A stretch of 64,000 nt of DNA, taken from Candidatus Hodarchaeota archaeon (GTDB lineage Archaea > Asgardarchaeota > Lokiarchaeia > Sigyniarchaeales > SOKP01). The stretch lies in contig JBHLKM010000006.1 of NCBI GenBank assembly GCA_048886685.1, positions 64,001-128,000 of the forward strand, written 5' to 3'. This document shows positions 52,156-61,464 of this stretch, piece by piece. Under the pieces are notes generated by a model. It was not told the DNA's origin. It made no database searches and worked only from the letters and a program-made list of their open reading frames with translations. The position numbers were made by a program, and so were the translations under genes. Numbering within the stretch: the stretch's first letter is position 1; each line of letters starts with the position of its first letter.

Positions 52156-52746
52156 ATGACTCACACTTTACACAGAAAAGGAACCAAAAACGATTTAAAA
52201 GAAGACTATGTTCTACTAGCTATGTTTGCGTCCGGGATCAATGACAATTATGATGACTCACGCCAAAAATTAATAAAAATAGCAGAAATTATGAATATTA
52301 AACACCCAGTAAACATTATGGCTGAGTTTGGGTGGAGAACATCTTCTACTGTTACTTCTACTTTTGACAATATTGAAACTGTGAAAGAGGTAATTCGAGA
52401 GCTTAAAAAAGAAGATTTTGGAATTTCAATCGTAATTAGTGGGCTAATCTCTGAGATCAAAAATATTCTTAAAGATCTCAAACTAGACATTCATACAGTT
52501 CATTTTTCTTTAGGTGGAAATTTTGGCAGAAAAGAATTATTACCCTCTGAAGAAATTTTAGAAATAACTACTATGTGTGGACATCACACAATTTCACCCC
52601 AATCAATTTCACATTATGTGGATTTAATAAAACGTGGAAAAACCACTCCTGAAAAAGCTGCAGAAAAACTAGCAAGACCTTGTGTATGTGGGATTGTCAA
52701 TACCTCTCGAGTAATTAAAATTCTTAATACTTTAATTAAAGAATAA
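52156..52746 (+). CDS. Conserved Cys/His protein, partner of the upstream ferredoxin-domain protein
   Basis: GGAGGTG precedes ATG 52156; MTHTLHR, TMCGH, CVCGI. Confidence 0.75.
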   Translation: MTHTLHRKGTKNDLKEDYVLLAMFASGINDNYDDSRQKLIKIAEIMNIKHPVNIMAEFGWRTSSTVTSTFDNIETVKEVIRELKKEDFGISIVISGLISEIKNILKDLKLDIHTVHFSLGGNFGRKELLPSEEILEITTMCGHHTISPQSISHYVDLIKRGKTTPEKAAEKLARPCVCGIVNTSRVIKILNTLIKE

Positions 52747-52846
52747 AAAAACTCCAGTATTTGTATCATAACTCAAGATATAAATACCTAACTGGTTTAT
52801 TTTCAATTAAACCTCTACAATCCAGAATTTATAAATTATATTCTAT

Positions 52847-53500
52847 TTGGGGGAACGTGTATTGAAAATAGCTATTATCGGAACAGGAACTTTGGGGAGT
52901 GCTTTAGGAAAAATTTGGGCAGGAAAGGGTCATACCATCATGTTTGGCTCTCGGGATCCTCAGAAAGCAAAAAAATTGGCCGAATCAATTGGATCTAATG
53001 CAAGTGGTGGGACATATGAAGAAGCTGCAAAATCTGGGGACTTTGTCATTCTTGCAGTTCCTTGGTCAGGAGCAAAAGAATCAATCAAAGCAGCGGGAGA
53101 TTTAAGCGGCAAGATAATTGTGGATTCCACTACTACTGCTGCACCTCATTTGGGAGGAACCTTAATAAAAGTTATCCCCTCTGCAGCAGAAAAAGTCGCA
53201 AAATGGGCTGTAGGTGCTGATGTAATAAAGGCAGTTCATACTATAGGAGTAGAAAGTTTAGATAAGGTACAATTTGGTTCCCAACAAGCAAGTCTATTTA
53301 TCTGTGGAGATAATTTGGACGCAAAATCAAAATTGAAGAAACTAGGAATCGATCTCGGTTTTGATGTTATCGATGCTGGGCCACTCACGAATGCTAGACT
53401 CATAGAGCCCCTGGCAATGCTTTGGATCGAACTAGCGTATAAACAAGGTATGGGTACAGATATCGCTTTTAAGTTGCTACGACGTAGAAAAGCAAGATAA
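52847..53500 (+). CDS. NADPH-dependent F420 reductase-like (Fno/NpdG family)
   Basis: IIGTGTLG, GSRDP, LAVPW, DAGPL. Confidence 0.8.
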   Translation: MGERVLKIAIIGTGTLGSALGKIWAGKGHTIMFGSRDPQKAKKLAESIGSNASGGTYEEAAKSGDFVILAVPWSGAKESIKAAGDLSGKIIVDSTTTAAPHLGGTLIKVIPSAAEKVAKWAVGADVIKAVHTIGVESLDKVQFGSQQASLFICGDNLDAKSKLKKLGIDLGFDVIDAGPLTNARLIEPLAMLWIELAYKQGMGTDIAFKLLRRRKAR

Positions 53501-53613
53501 ATGAAATGTTACTAATAATTATTTTATTTTAGTCTTTAATTTTAGTTTTCTTTATTAATTTAGGAGAAATTTATCATAAATAAAACATATTTAAATAATT
53601 AATTCTTAAAAGA

Positions 53614-54561
53614 GTGAAGTTAATTGATATGAAAAGATATAAGAATTCCTTTTTTGCTCATACATATTCCATAGTAGCAAGAGACTCAAAAACGGGAGAG
53701 ATGGGTGTAGGAGTGCAAAGTCATTATTTTTCAGTGGGATCAGTTGTTGATTGGGGGCGTTCTGGAATAGGTGTAGTAGCTACACAATCGTTTGTGAACA
53801 AATCTTTTGGATTAAGAGGGCTTAAATTAATGGAACTGGGAAAATCTCCCGAAGAAGCATTAAATATACTACTTTCAGATGATGAGGGAAAAGAAGTTAG
53901 GCAAGTTGCTTTGTTAGATACTAATGGTAGGGTTGCGGTTCACACAGGATCAAATTGTATAAAATATGCTGGGCATGTAAAAGGAGATAATTTTTCAGTT
54001 CAAGCGAATATGATGTTAACAGATAAAGTTTGGCCAGCTATGGCTAAGGCTTTTGAAAGAAATAAAAACCTACCTTTACCTGAGAGAATAATAAAAACAT
54101 TGGAAGCAGCAGAAGCAGAAGGAGGAGATATAAGAGGAAAACAATCAGCAGCTATATTAATTGTAAAAGGTGAAAAGGTCGAAAATAGATGGGATGATCC
54201 GTTTATTGACATTAGAGTTGAAGATCATCATGAACCTTTGAAGGAACTTAATAGACTACTAATACTCTGGAGAGCTTATGAAAACATGGATAAAGGAGAT
54301 ATTGCTATTGAAAAAGGAGATATGAATAAAGCTCTAGAAGTATACAACACTGCAAGAGAAATGGTTCCTGATAATCTTGAAATGAAATATTGGACTGCTA
54401 TATCTCTAGCTAATAATAAAAAAATTGAGGAAGCAATATCATTATTTAAAGAAATTTTTGCTGAAGATGACAATTGGCGTATCCTTACCGAAAGACTCCC
54501 TGAAGTGGAAGTTTTAAATATACCAAAAGAAGATTTAAGAAAAATATTAGCATTAAAGTGA
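53614..54561 (+). CDS. DUF1028 Ntn-hydrolase-like protein with TPR tail
   Basis: TYSIVARD, ATQS, GGDIRGKQSAA, RVEDH. Confidence 0.88.
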   Translation: MKLIDMKRYKNSFFAHTYSIVARDSKTGEMGVGVQSHYFSVGSVVDWGRSGIGVVATQSFVNKSFGLRGLKLMELGKSPEEALNILLSDDEGKEVRQVALLDTNGRVAVHTGSNCIKYAGHVKGDNFSVQANMMLTDKVWPAMAKAFERNKNLPLPERIIKTLEAAEAEGGDIRGKQSAAILIVKGEKVENRWDDPFIDIRVEDHHEPLKELNRLLILWRAYENMDKGDIAIEKGDMNKALEVYNTAREMVPDNLEMKYWTAISLANNKKIEEAISLFKEIFAEDDNWRILTERLPEVEVLNIPKEDLRKILALK

Positions 54562-55613
54562 AAATTATGAAGATCTCACGATATTATAATAATAATAATA
54601 TAAGAGAAGATGAAATCCCTAAACCTGAAATTGGTCTAGAAGAAATTCTAGTAAAAGTAAAAGAATCGGGAATCTGTGGTTCAGATATACTAGAGTATTA
54701 TCGACTTGCGAAAATGAAGAAATTAGGTGTCGATTCTTTAATTTTAGGACATGAAATAGCTGGCGACATTGTTGAGAAAGGTGAAGCAGTTAAACATCTG
54801 AAAGTTGGGGATCGTGTATTTGTTTCTCATCATGTGCCTTGTTTTGAATGTCATTATTGTAAACAAGGGCACCATACCGCTTGTAATTTACTCCATAATA
54901 CTAATTATGATCCTGGTGGTTTTGCAGAATACGTCAGGATACCTAAGATCAACATTGAAAAAAAAGGGGTATATGTTTTAGATTCAAGTGTTTCATACGA
55001 TGAAGCTGTGTTTATAGAACCTTTAGGCTGTGTCTGTCGAGCACAACGATTAGCAGATATAAAGAAAGGATTGACAGTCTTAGTATTAGGATGTGGTACT
55101 TCAGGTATTTTACATATTCAATTAGCAAAGCTTAGAGGTGCAAAAAAAGTGATTGCTACCGATATTAACGAGTATCGACTACAAAAAGCAAAGGAAAATG
55201 GAGCTGATGCTATTTTTCATGCAGATGCAGATCTCTCAACTGAAATTAAAGAGATTAATAAATTTAGGTTAGCAGATATTGTAATTGTTTGTACTGGTGC
55301 TACTTCAGCAGCAAAACAAGCATTAGAATGTGCTGCATCAGGTAGTAAAATTATTTTTTTTGCAGTTCCAGAACCTGGAGTGAATCTCGAAGTACCTATA
55401 AATAAGTATTGGAGAAACGAAATAACAATTATGACCTCTTACGGAGCAGCACCCGAAGATCTTGATGAGGCGTATAATTGGATCCTCTCAAAAAGGATCC
55501 ACGTAGAGGAATTAATAACTCATCGTTTTCCGCTTAACGAAGCTAGGAAAGCATTTAAAGTAGTATGTGAAGCAGGTAATTCCCTCAAAGTCATACTTGA
55601 ACCCAATAGATAA
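54558..55613 (+). CDS. Zn-dependent alcohol/polyol dehydrogenase
   Basis: GICGSD, GHE, CxxCxxC, GCGTSG. Confidence 0.9.
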   Translation: MKIMKISRYYNNNNIREDEIPKPEIGLEEILVKVKESGICGSDILEYYRLAKMKKLGVDSLILGHEIAGDIVEKGEAVKHLKVGDRVFVSHHVPCFECHYCKQGHHTACNLLHNTNYDPGGFAEYVRIPKINIEKKGVYVLDSSVSYDEAVFIEPLGCVCRAQRLADIKKGLTVLVLGCGTSGILHIQLAKLRGAKKVIATDINEYRLQKAKENGADAIFHADADLSTEIKEINKFRLADIVIVCTGATSAAKQALECAASGSKIIFFAVPEPGVNLEVPINKYWRNEITIMTSYGAAPEDLDEAYNWILSKRIHVEELITHRFPLNEARKAFKVVCEAGNSLKVILEPNR

Positions 55614-55614
55614 A

Positions 55615-55782
55615 TTAACCCGAACCTAATGATTTTTCAGTGTCACCTCCCAAAATTGAATCAATTTCTTTGTTGGTAAATTAAATTCCTTTAAAGGCTC
55701 GATATGGGAGATTTTTTATCATATCTAATACACCTTTAAATGGCAATATAGGATCATATATTGGATTATCAGAATATCTAAA
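55615..55782 (-). pseudogene. Amidohydrolase-like C-terminal remnant
   Basis: YSDNP...DMIKNLP...*FTNKEIDSILGG with internal TAA (55681-55683). Confidence 0.5.
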
Positions 55783-55794
55783 TACTAAGAAGAA

Positions 55795-56127
55795 TTATCC
55801 AATAAATCGCGTTTGAACCTGTTCATAAAGATTGGTTTTGTAAACAGTTCTTAAACTGATAAATGATCCTAAAAATATAAGAATTAATGGAGGTACAACA
55901 ATATATATAATAGCATTTTGACCAATTACTATTTTAAATGGTCCATCTCCTTGAAAAATAGCAGCTAGTGGAAGACTTAAAGGATATGTAAATATCAATG
56001 CCATTATTATTGCGACGAGACCTTGTATCATATTTTCTCCTAAGATTAAACTAAAATTTTTACTTCTTCCAAATCCTAAAGACCTTAATATACCATATTT
56101 ATAATTTTTATCATAGATTATTTTAGG
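55795..56127 (-). pseudogene. FtsX/MacB-type permease C-terminal remnant
   Basis: Frame extends upstream of the ATG to YGILRSLGF...LILGE; a TAG precedes it and there is no N-terminal part. Confidence 0.7.
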
Positions 56128-56149
56128 CTACAGAAATAAAAATTCAATA

Positions 56150-57118
56150 TTAATTGCTTCTGAAATACTTGCTTCTCCTAATATGTTTTCGGATTATCCA
56201 AGATTCCCAAAATCTGTAAATTTCAAGCACAACTCCTTTTAATTTCTTTTTGGGGAAAAATAAATCCATTTTAAGTAATTCATTAGTAACCTCATTCTCA
56301 GACTTTTCTTTTAAATTAGGTAAATTTAGAGCATTATCTACTTTATCTTGATTAATTTTTATCTTTCCTCTCATATACTCAAATGGGTGCACATCTGGAT
56401 TCTTAACGATATATGAATGACTTGAAGTTAGAAATTTTGCTTTTTGGATGAAGATATTTTCCGCTATTTTAATATCTTCTATATATTGTGAAATTGAAGC
56501 ATCTCTAAATCCATACCAAGGACCGAATCCTTCGATTTCTGGATTTGGTTTATCGAAACCTAAGCAACTAATATGAAATATTTTATCATCGGGTAATAAG
56601 AAACCGATATGCGCTTCAGAATGCCCTTTCAAAGAAATGGTTTCAACCTTATAATTGTCAAATCGAAGAGTTTCCCCTGGAATAAAGATATTAACTTGGT
56701 TGCATTGCTGGTATCCATTTAATTTAGCAAATTCTTCAACGGTTTTATAATCTAATTCTTCCTCAAAACCAAATCCTTTGTAAAAATTGTGAAGATTTAA
56801 TAAATGATTTGCTTCTGGACGAGGAGCATGTATAGTTGCTCCAATTTCTTCCCAAGCATGAACATGACAGGTATGATCTAAATGTCCGTGAGAACAAACA
56901 TGATCTGATATAGATCCATAGATATTATTAAGTGAATCAACATATTTTTGTTCTATGTTCAAATCGAGCGATATTGTATTATTATTGCGACCTTTTTTGG
57001 GCAAAACAAGAAGCCCATCACAACATGAAAAAAAGAAAGGGTGCTTAATTTGATGAACTAGTAAAATATTTTCAGTTACTCTTTTTATTTCAAGATTTTC
57101 TATTTTTGGCAAGGACAT
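56150..57118 (-). CDS. Metallo-beta-lactamase-fold protein
   Basis: SHGHLDH, GHS, FGPWYG, SSH. Confidence 0.85.
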   Translation of the reverse strand: MSLPKIENLEIKRVTENILLVHQIKHPFFFSCCDGLLVLPKKGRNNNTISLDLNIEQKYVDSLNNIYGSISDHVCSHGHLDHTCHVHAWEEIGATIHAPRPEANHLLNLHNFYKGFGFEEELDYKTVEEFAKLNGYQQCNQVNIFIPGETLRFDNYKVETISLKGHSEAHIGFLLPDDKIFHISCLGFDKPNPEIEGFGPWYGFRDASISQYIEDIKIAENIFIQKAKFLTSSHSYIVKNPDVHPFEYMRGKIKINQDKVDNALNLPNLKEKSENEVTNELLKMDLFFPKKKLKGVVLEIYRFWESWIIRKHIRRSKYFRSN

Positions 57119-57275
57119 TGAATAAAGAATTTTAGTAAAATATTAGAAATTTGCGATCAAAAATAAGTGAGAACTTAATAATTTAACCTTGATCAACGAT
57201 TAAATTAATTCAAATAACAATCAACTACAGATAAAATAAAAAAAAGTTAAAGGATGATTTTTCGAATTATCTTCT

Positions 57276-57683
57276 CTATTTCCATAATGATTTCAAGATA
57301 TCTTGCTGTTGTAGAAAGGTCAGTAAAAAGAGCAGCAATATAATTATCATAATTATAAGTGTTAGAACGGCCATACCTACCTCATAAATAGAGAAATTCA
57401 TAATATGGGTAACTATACCCGCTACAAGCCACATAATTTCAGCGATAACAACAATTTTAACTTCTTTCCATTCTTTTGCTAAGAATCCGAATAATGAACT
57501 AACCGTAAGCGCTGCAAAAACGGAACCTATTATCAAACTCATAGCCCCGGTTTCATCAGTATAGGCAATCCCATAAATATCTGCAGTCATTTCAGGCATC
57601 CAAAAAGCAATAGTAAAAATGACCCCTATAACAAAATGGATTATAAATGTTAATCTGGTGAATTTTAAAATTTCTTCAGTCAT
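57276..57683 (-). CDS. 4-TM membrane protein
   Basis: Hydrophobicity pattern. Confidence 0.75.
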   Translation of the reverse strand: MTEEILKFTRLTFIIHFVIGVIFTIAFWMPEMTADIYGIAYTDETGAMSLIIGSVFAALTVSSLFGFLAKEWKEVKIVVIAEIMWLVAGIVTHIMNFSIYEVGMAVLTLIIMIIILLLFLLTFLQQQDILKSLWK

Positions 57684-57900
57684 TTTTCAATCACTTTTTA
57701 TTGGAAATTTTTTTTACATTATTGTTAATAATTATTTTTCATTATTTTTAAAGCTAGATCCATTGATAATATTAATTAAGGTATGAATATCTACTAAAAA
57801 TTTAATTTTCTCTAACATATTATCCCCAAATAAACTTAAGTTCACGTGATAAACTCTTCATAATGACTTAATTTAAAATAAAAAAATGGGAAAAAAAAGA

Positions 57901-58683
57901 TTATAATCCTATAGGTCCCTGATTATAAATTTCATATGCCTCATCAACAGAAGCATTCTCATGAACAATTGCACGAACGGCCTGTATCATGCCGATTGGT
58001 TTGTCTGATTGGAAAATATTCCGTCCCATATCTACGCCTACGGCTCCTTTGTCAATTGCATTTTTTGCCATTTGTAGAGCTTCTTTTTCTGGAATTTTCT
58101 TACCACCGGCGATCACTATAGGTACAGGGCAAATACTTGTTACGTTTTCAAAATTATCGCAATAATAAGTCTTTACAAACGTAGCTCCCATTTCTGCTGC
58201 CATTCTACTAGCCATACCTAAGTACCTGTCGTCTCTAACCATTTCTCTGCCAACTGCAGTCACTGCTAGTGTTGGGATACCATATTCCTGACCCCAATTT
58301 ACAAGTTTAGATAAATTCATTAAGCTTTGTTTCTCAAATTCTCCACCTACAAAAATGGAGCATGTAATTGCTGAAACATTTAGTCTTATAGCATCTTCAA
58401 TCGTTACATTAATTTCTTCATTTGATAGTTCTTTAAGCATGCTCGCTCCAGCTGATACTCTTAATACAATAGGGATATCAATATTAGGATCAACACAGCT
58501 TCTTAACATCCCGCGGGTTAGCATTAATGCATCAGCATACTTAAATAGTGGATTTAAATCTCCAAAACATTTTAAACTTCCTGGTATATTCCCAAAATAA
58601 CCATGATCTACTGCTAACATTACACAATGTCCAGATTTTGGTTTTATTATGCGTGATAACCTATTTTGCATTCCGTAATCCAA
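57901..58683 (-). CDS. lsrF: LsrF-like thiolase / class I aldolase (DhnA family)
   Basis: GMQNRLSRI, MLAVDHGY, LTRG, FVKTYY, AGGKK, DMGRNIFQ. Confidence 0.85.
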   Translation of the reverse strand: MDYGMQNRLSRIIKPKSGHCVMLAVDHGYFGNIPGSLKCFGDLNPLFKYADALMLTRGMLRSCVDPNIDIPIVLRVSAGASMLKELSNEEINVTIEDAIRLNVSAITCSIFVGGEFEKQSLMNLSKLVNWGQEYGIPTLAVTAVGREMVRDDRYLGMASRMAAEMGATFVKTYYCDNFENVTSICPVPIVIAGGKKIPEKEALQMAKNAIDKGAVGVDMGRNIFQSDKPIGMIQAVRAIVHENASVDEAYEIYNQGPIGL

Positions 58684-58789
58684 CTTAATTCACTTTTTTA
58701 TGTTTAATTTTGATTTAATCTAACATTGTAAAATAATTTAAGATCTTTATTTTACTTTTACTAAAATTAAGAGATTAAAAAATTAGTAC

Positions 58790-59632
58790 CTAAATAATGC
58801 TTAAAAATTCTCCAACTCTACTTTTTATCTTTGAAGCAAGTGTTTTCGAGATATTTCTTCGAATAAACTCTTTAATTAAAGCCAAGCGATAATTACTAAT
58901 CGTTTTAATTTTTAAATCTTTAGACAATTGATCTATTAATTCATCTTCATAAATATCTTTAATACCTTGGAGGATGTATATAGCATGGTTAGCCTCATTT
59001 ATAAGTCGTCCAATATCTTGTTGGAGAAGTTTAAGTTGTTCTTGTTCATCAATGATCTCAAGAGCTCGTTTTACAATTCCTTCTTCAAATTTCATTTTCA
59101 CATTCCAAGGTGTTTGAAAAATATGTTGTTGTGTATCCATTATTAATACATCCTTTTCTTTGATATTTAATTTGTTTAAAGAAGGATCATCAAGTAAATA
59201 GATTGTTTTTCTCCCTTGGAATCTCTCTGGTAATATCATATCACCAACCATATTAAGAGTTCCTTCATTATATTCAAAATTTTTGTTTTTTATGATGTAG
59301 GAGGGATAATTAAATACTTTGGCATGAATTAGACTAAAAATGCCATAGATTCCAAATATTTGAATTAAATTTCTCAGATTGATTCTTCTTCCTACCTCAG
59401 TTTCAGGAGAAATAACTGCCATTTGTATATCTATTTTTTCATAACCCCTTACAACTCCTTTTGTATCAACAAAAACTATAAACTGGTGTTCACTACAAAC
59501 AGCATTAACTGGTACCTGAATCTTTATTGTACCAAACTTTTTTTGCGAAAAAATAGATTCTGGAATATTAATACTCTTCGTTTCCCCACACATTGGGCAA
59601 ATTACTTCAAGTATTTTAAAGGTTTCACTCAT
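58790..59632 (-). CDS. Hypothetical protein with Zn-binding N-domain
   Basis: CPMC...C-x-x-HQFIVFVD...RGYEKID. Confidence 0.75.
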   Translation of the reverse strand: MSETFKILEVICPMCGETKSINIPESIFSQKKFGTIKIQVPVNAVCSEHQFIVFVDTKGVVRGYEKIDIQMAVISPETEVGRRINLRNLIQIFGIYGIFSLIHAKVFNYPSYIIKNKNFEYNEGTLNMVGDMILPERFQGRKTIYLLDDPSLNKLNIKEKDVLIMDTQQHIFQTPWNVKMKFEEGIVKRALEIIDEQEQLKLLQQDIGRLINEANHAIYILQGIKDIYEDELIDQLSKDLKIKTISNYRLALIKEFIRRNISKTLASKIKSRVGEFLSII

Positions 59633-59734
59633 TTTACTAAGAAATTAATATTTAATAGCACTAATAATAATACAAAAAAACAACATAAAAATTTTAATAC
59701 GAAAGTTATTTACTTTAAAACTTATAAACATAAT

Positions 59735-61375
59735 TTATGACCTTTTTATAGGTACTCCCGATAATGAACCTGTAAAGTTCCCCTTATTAACAGCTGGTTT
59801 TCCATTTACAAAAACATATTCAACACCTTCAGAGTATAACCTTGGATTCTCGTAAGTAGCCTTATCTATTATGCTATCAGAATCAAAGATTGTAACATCT
59901 GCATAAAATCCTTTTCTTAATAATCCACGATCTTTCAATCCTAACTTTTGAGCAGGATATGAAGTCATTCTTCTAATTGCGTCTTCTAATGTAATTAAAT
60001 TCTTTTCACGTACATATTTACCTAAAACTTGTGTGAAACAGCCATTTGCATATGGATTGGGAAAATAACTCGGATCATTTTCTGGAATAATTCTCCCATC
60101 TGAAGCAAACATAGTAAGTGGATGAGTAATTGTTATTATATTATCTTCCTCTGTCATTGAGAGATAAGTTCCATTAACAGAACCTTCTTGTTCAATTAAG
60201 ACATCGATTACAACTTGTCTTGGATCGCAATCTTTCTCAATTGCATTTTGATATACTGTCTTGCCATTGTATTCTTTGCTTCCAGGTGCGTTTATATAAA
60301 CCTTTTTCCAATCCTCATGTTGGTTAATTTTTAGAAAACTTTTTCCAATAAGGTCCATTTCCTTATATATCTTATTCCTTAGAGTTTCATCATTTTTAGA
60401 TTGTTTTAAAGTTGCAACAGCACTAGGAATATCTATTTTATTATTTGCGATATATATCCAAGGGGGGACTAACACAAATAAAAATGTAGAGTTTGATGCG
60501 TGAGGAAAAACATCAAATGTAATATCTAAATTATTCGCGCGAGCTTTTTCTACTTGCTTATATGCCTTTCTTATATCTCCTGGCCAAAATCCAAACGGTT
60601 TGAAATGATTAATCTCAACGGGTATACCAGTTTTAGCAATTTCAATAGTCTCTTTTGTAGCTCTTACGAGTCCGTTGGGAAAACCTCTAAAGTGAGTGGT
60701 ATATATCCCATTATATTTTTTAACAACTTTACAAAGCTCAATAATCTCATCTGTTTTAGCGAAAGACCCAGGTGGATAATCCAAACCAGTAGACATACCA
60801 AAAGCACCAGCTTTCATTTCATCTTCAAGGACTTTTTTCATCTCATTCATTTCAGTTTCAGTTGGAGGTCTATTTTCTAATCCTATAGTATATATTCTTA
60901 ACATAGAATGGCCGATTAATGGGATTATATTTATAGGGATGCCTTTAATTTTTAAACCGTCTAAATAATCATTTAAGCTATAAAATTTAAATTCAGAATC
61001 CTTCATTGAAAGCGTTGATTTGAGTTGTTCAAATTCTACATCATCTCTTATTCTATTTGGGTCAATTGGAGTCATCGAAAATCCACAATTTCCTACAACA
61101 TGGGTAGTAACTCCCTGTGATAACACGTTTTCACCACGACTGCGTAGCACGGTAAAATCTGAATGAGTGTGAATATCAATAAAACCTGGTGAGATAAAAA
61201 GATTAGAAGCATCGATAACCACATCCACATCTTTATTTACTATGTCTTGAGAAATTTCCATTATATATCCCTTATCAATAAAGATATCTCCACTAAACCA
61301 AGGATTTCCAGTCCCATCGATGATCTTACCATGCTTGATTAAAAATGATTCGTTAGTTGATTTATTTTCCTTCAT
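59735..61375 (-). CDS. N-acyl-D-amino-acid deacylase
   Basis: IIDGTG, PGFIDIHTHSD, GNCG, STGL-x-YPPG. Confidence 0.92.
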   Translation of the reverse strand: MKENKSTNESFLIKHGKIIDGTGNPWFSGDIFIDKGYIMEISQDIVNKDVDVVIDASNLFISPGFIDIHTHSDFTVLRSRGENVLSQGVTTHVVGNCGFSMTPIDPNRIRDDVEFEQLKSTLSMKDSEFKFYSLNDYLDGLKIKGIPINIIPLIGHSMLRIYTIGLENRPPTETEMNEMKKVLEDEMKAGAFGMSTGLDYPPGSFAKTDEIIELCKVVKKYNGIYTTHFRGFPNGLVRATKETIEIAKTGIPVEINHFKPFGFWPGDIRKAYKQVEKARANNLDITFDVFPHASNSTFLFVLVPPWIYIANNKIDIPSAVATLKQSKNDETLRNKIYKEMDLIGKSFLKINQHEDWKKVYINAPGSKEYNGKTVYQNAIEKDCDPRQVVIDVLIEQEGSVNGTYLSMTEEDNIITITHPLTMFASDGRIIPENDPSYFPNPYANGCFTQVLGKYVREKNLITLEDAIRRMTSYPAQKLGLKDRGLLRKGFYADVTIFDSDSIIDKATYENPRLYSEGVEYVFVNGKPAVNKGNFTGSLSGVPIKRS

Positions 61376-61464
61376 AAAATCACAATCTGTATTTTAATAT
61401 CTATAGGTTTGTTTTTTGTTGTATATAAATATTGTATATAAAAAAAGGAAAAGATTGGGGAGGA

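Noticed and set aside
54690-54745. ATCGAC/GTCGAT hairpin in the alcohol dehydrogenase gene
   Set aside because: No 3-4-3 geometry and the frame is intact
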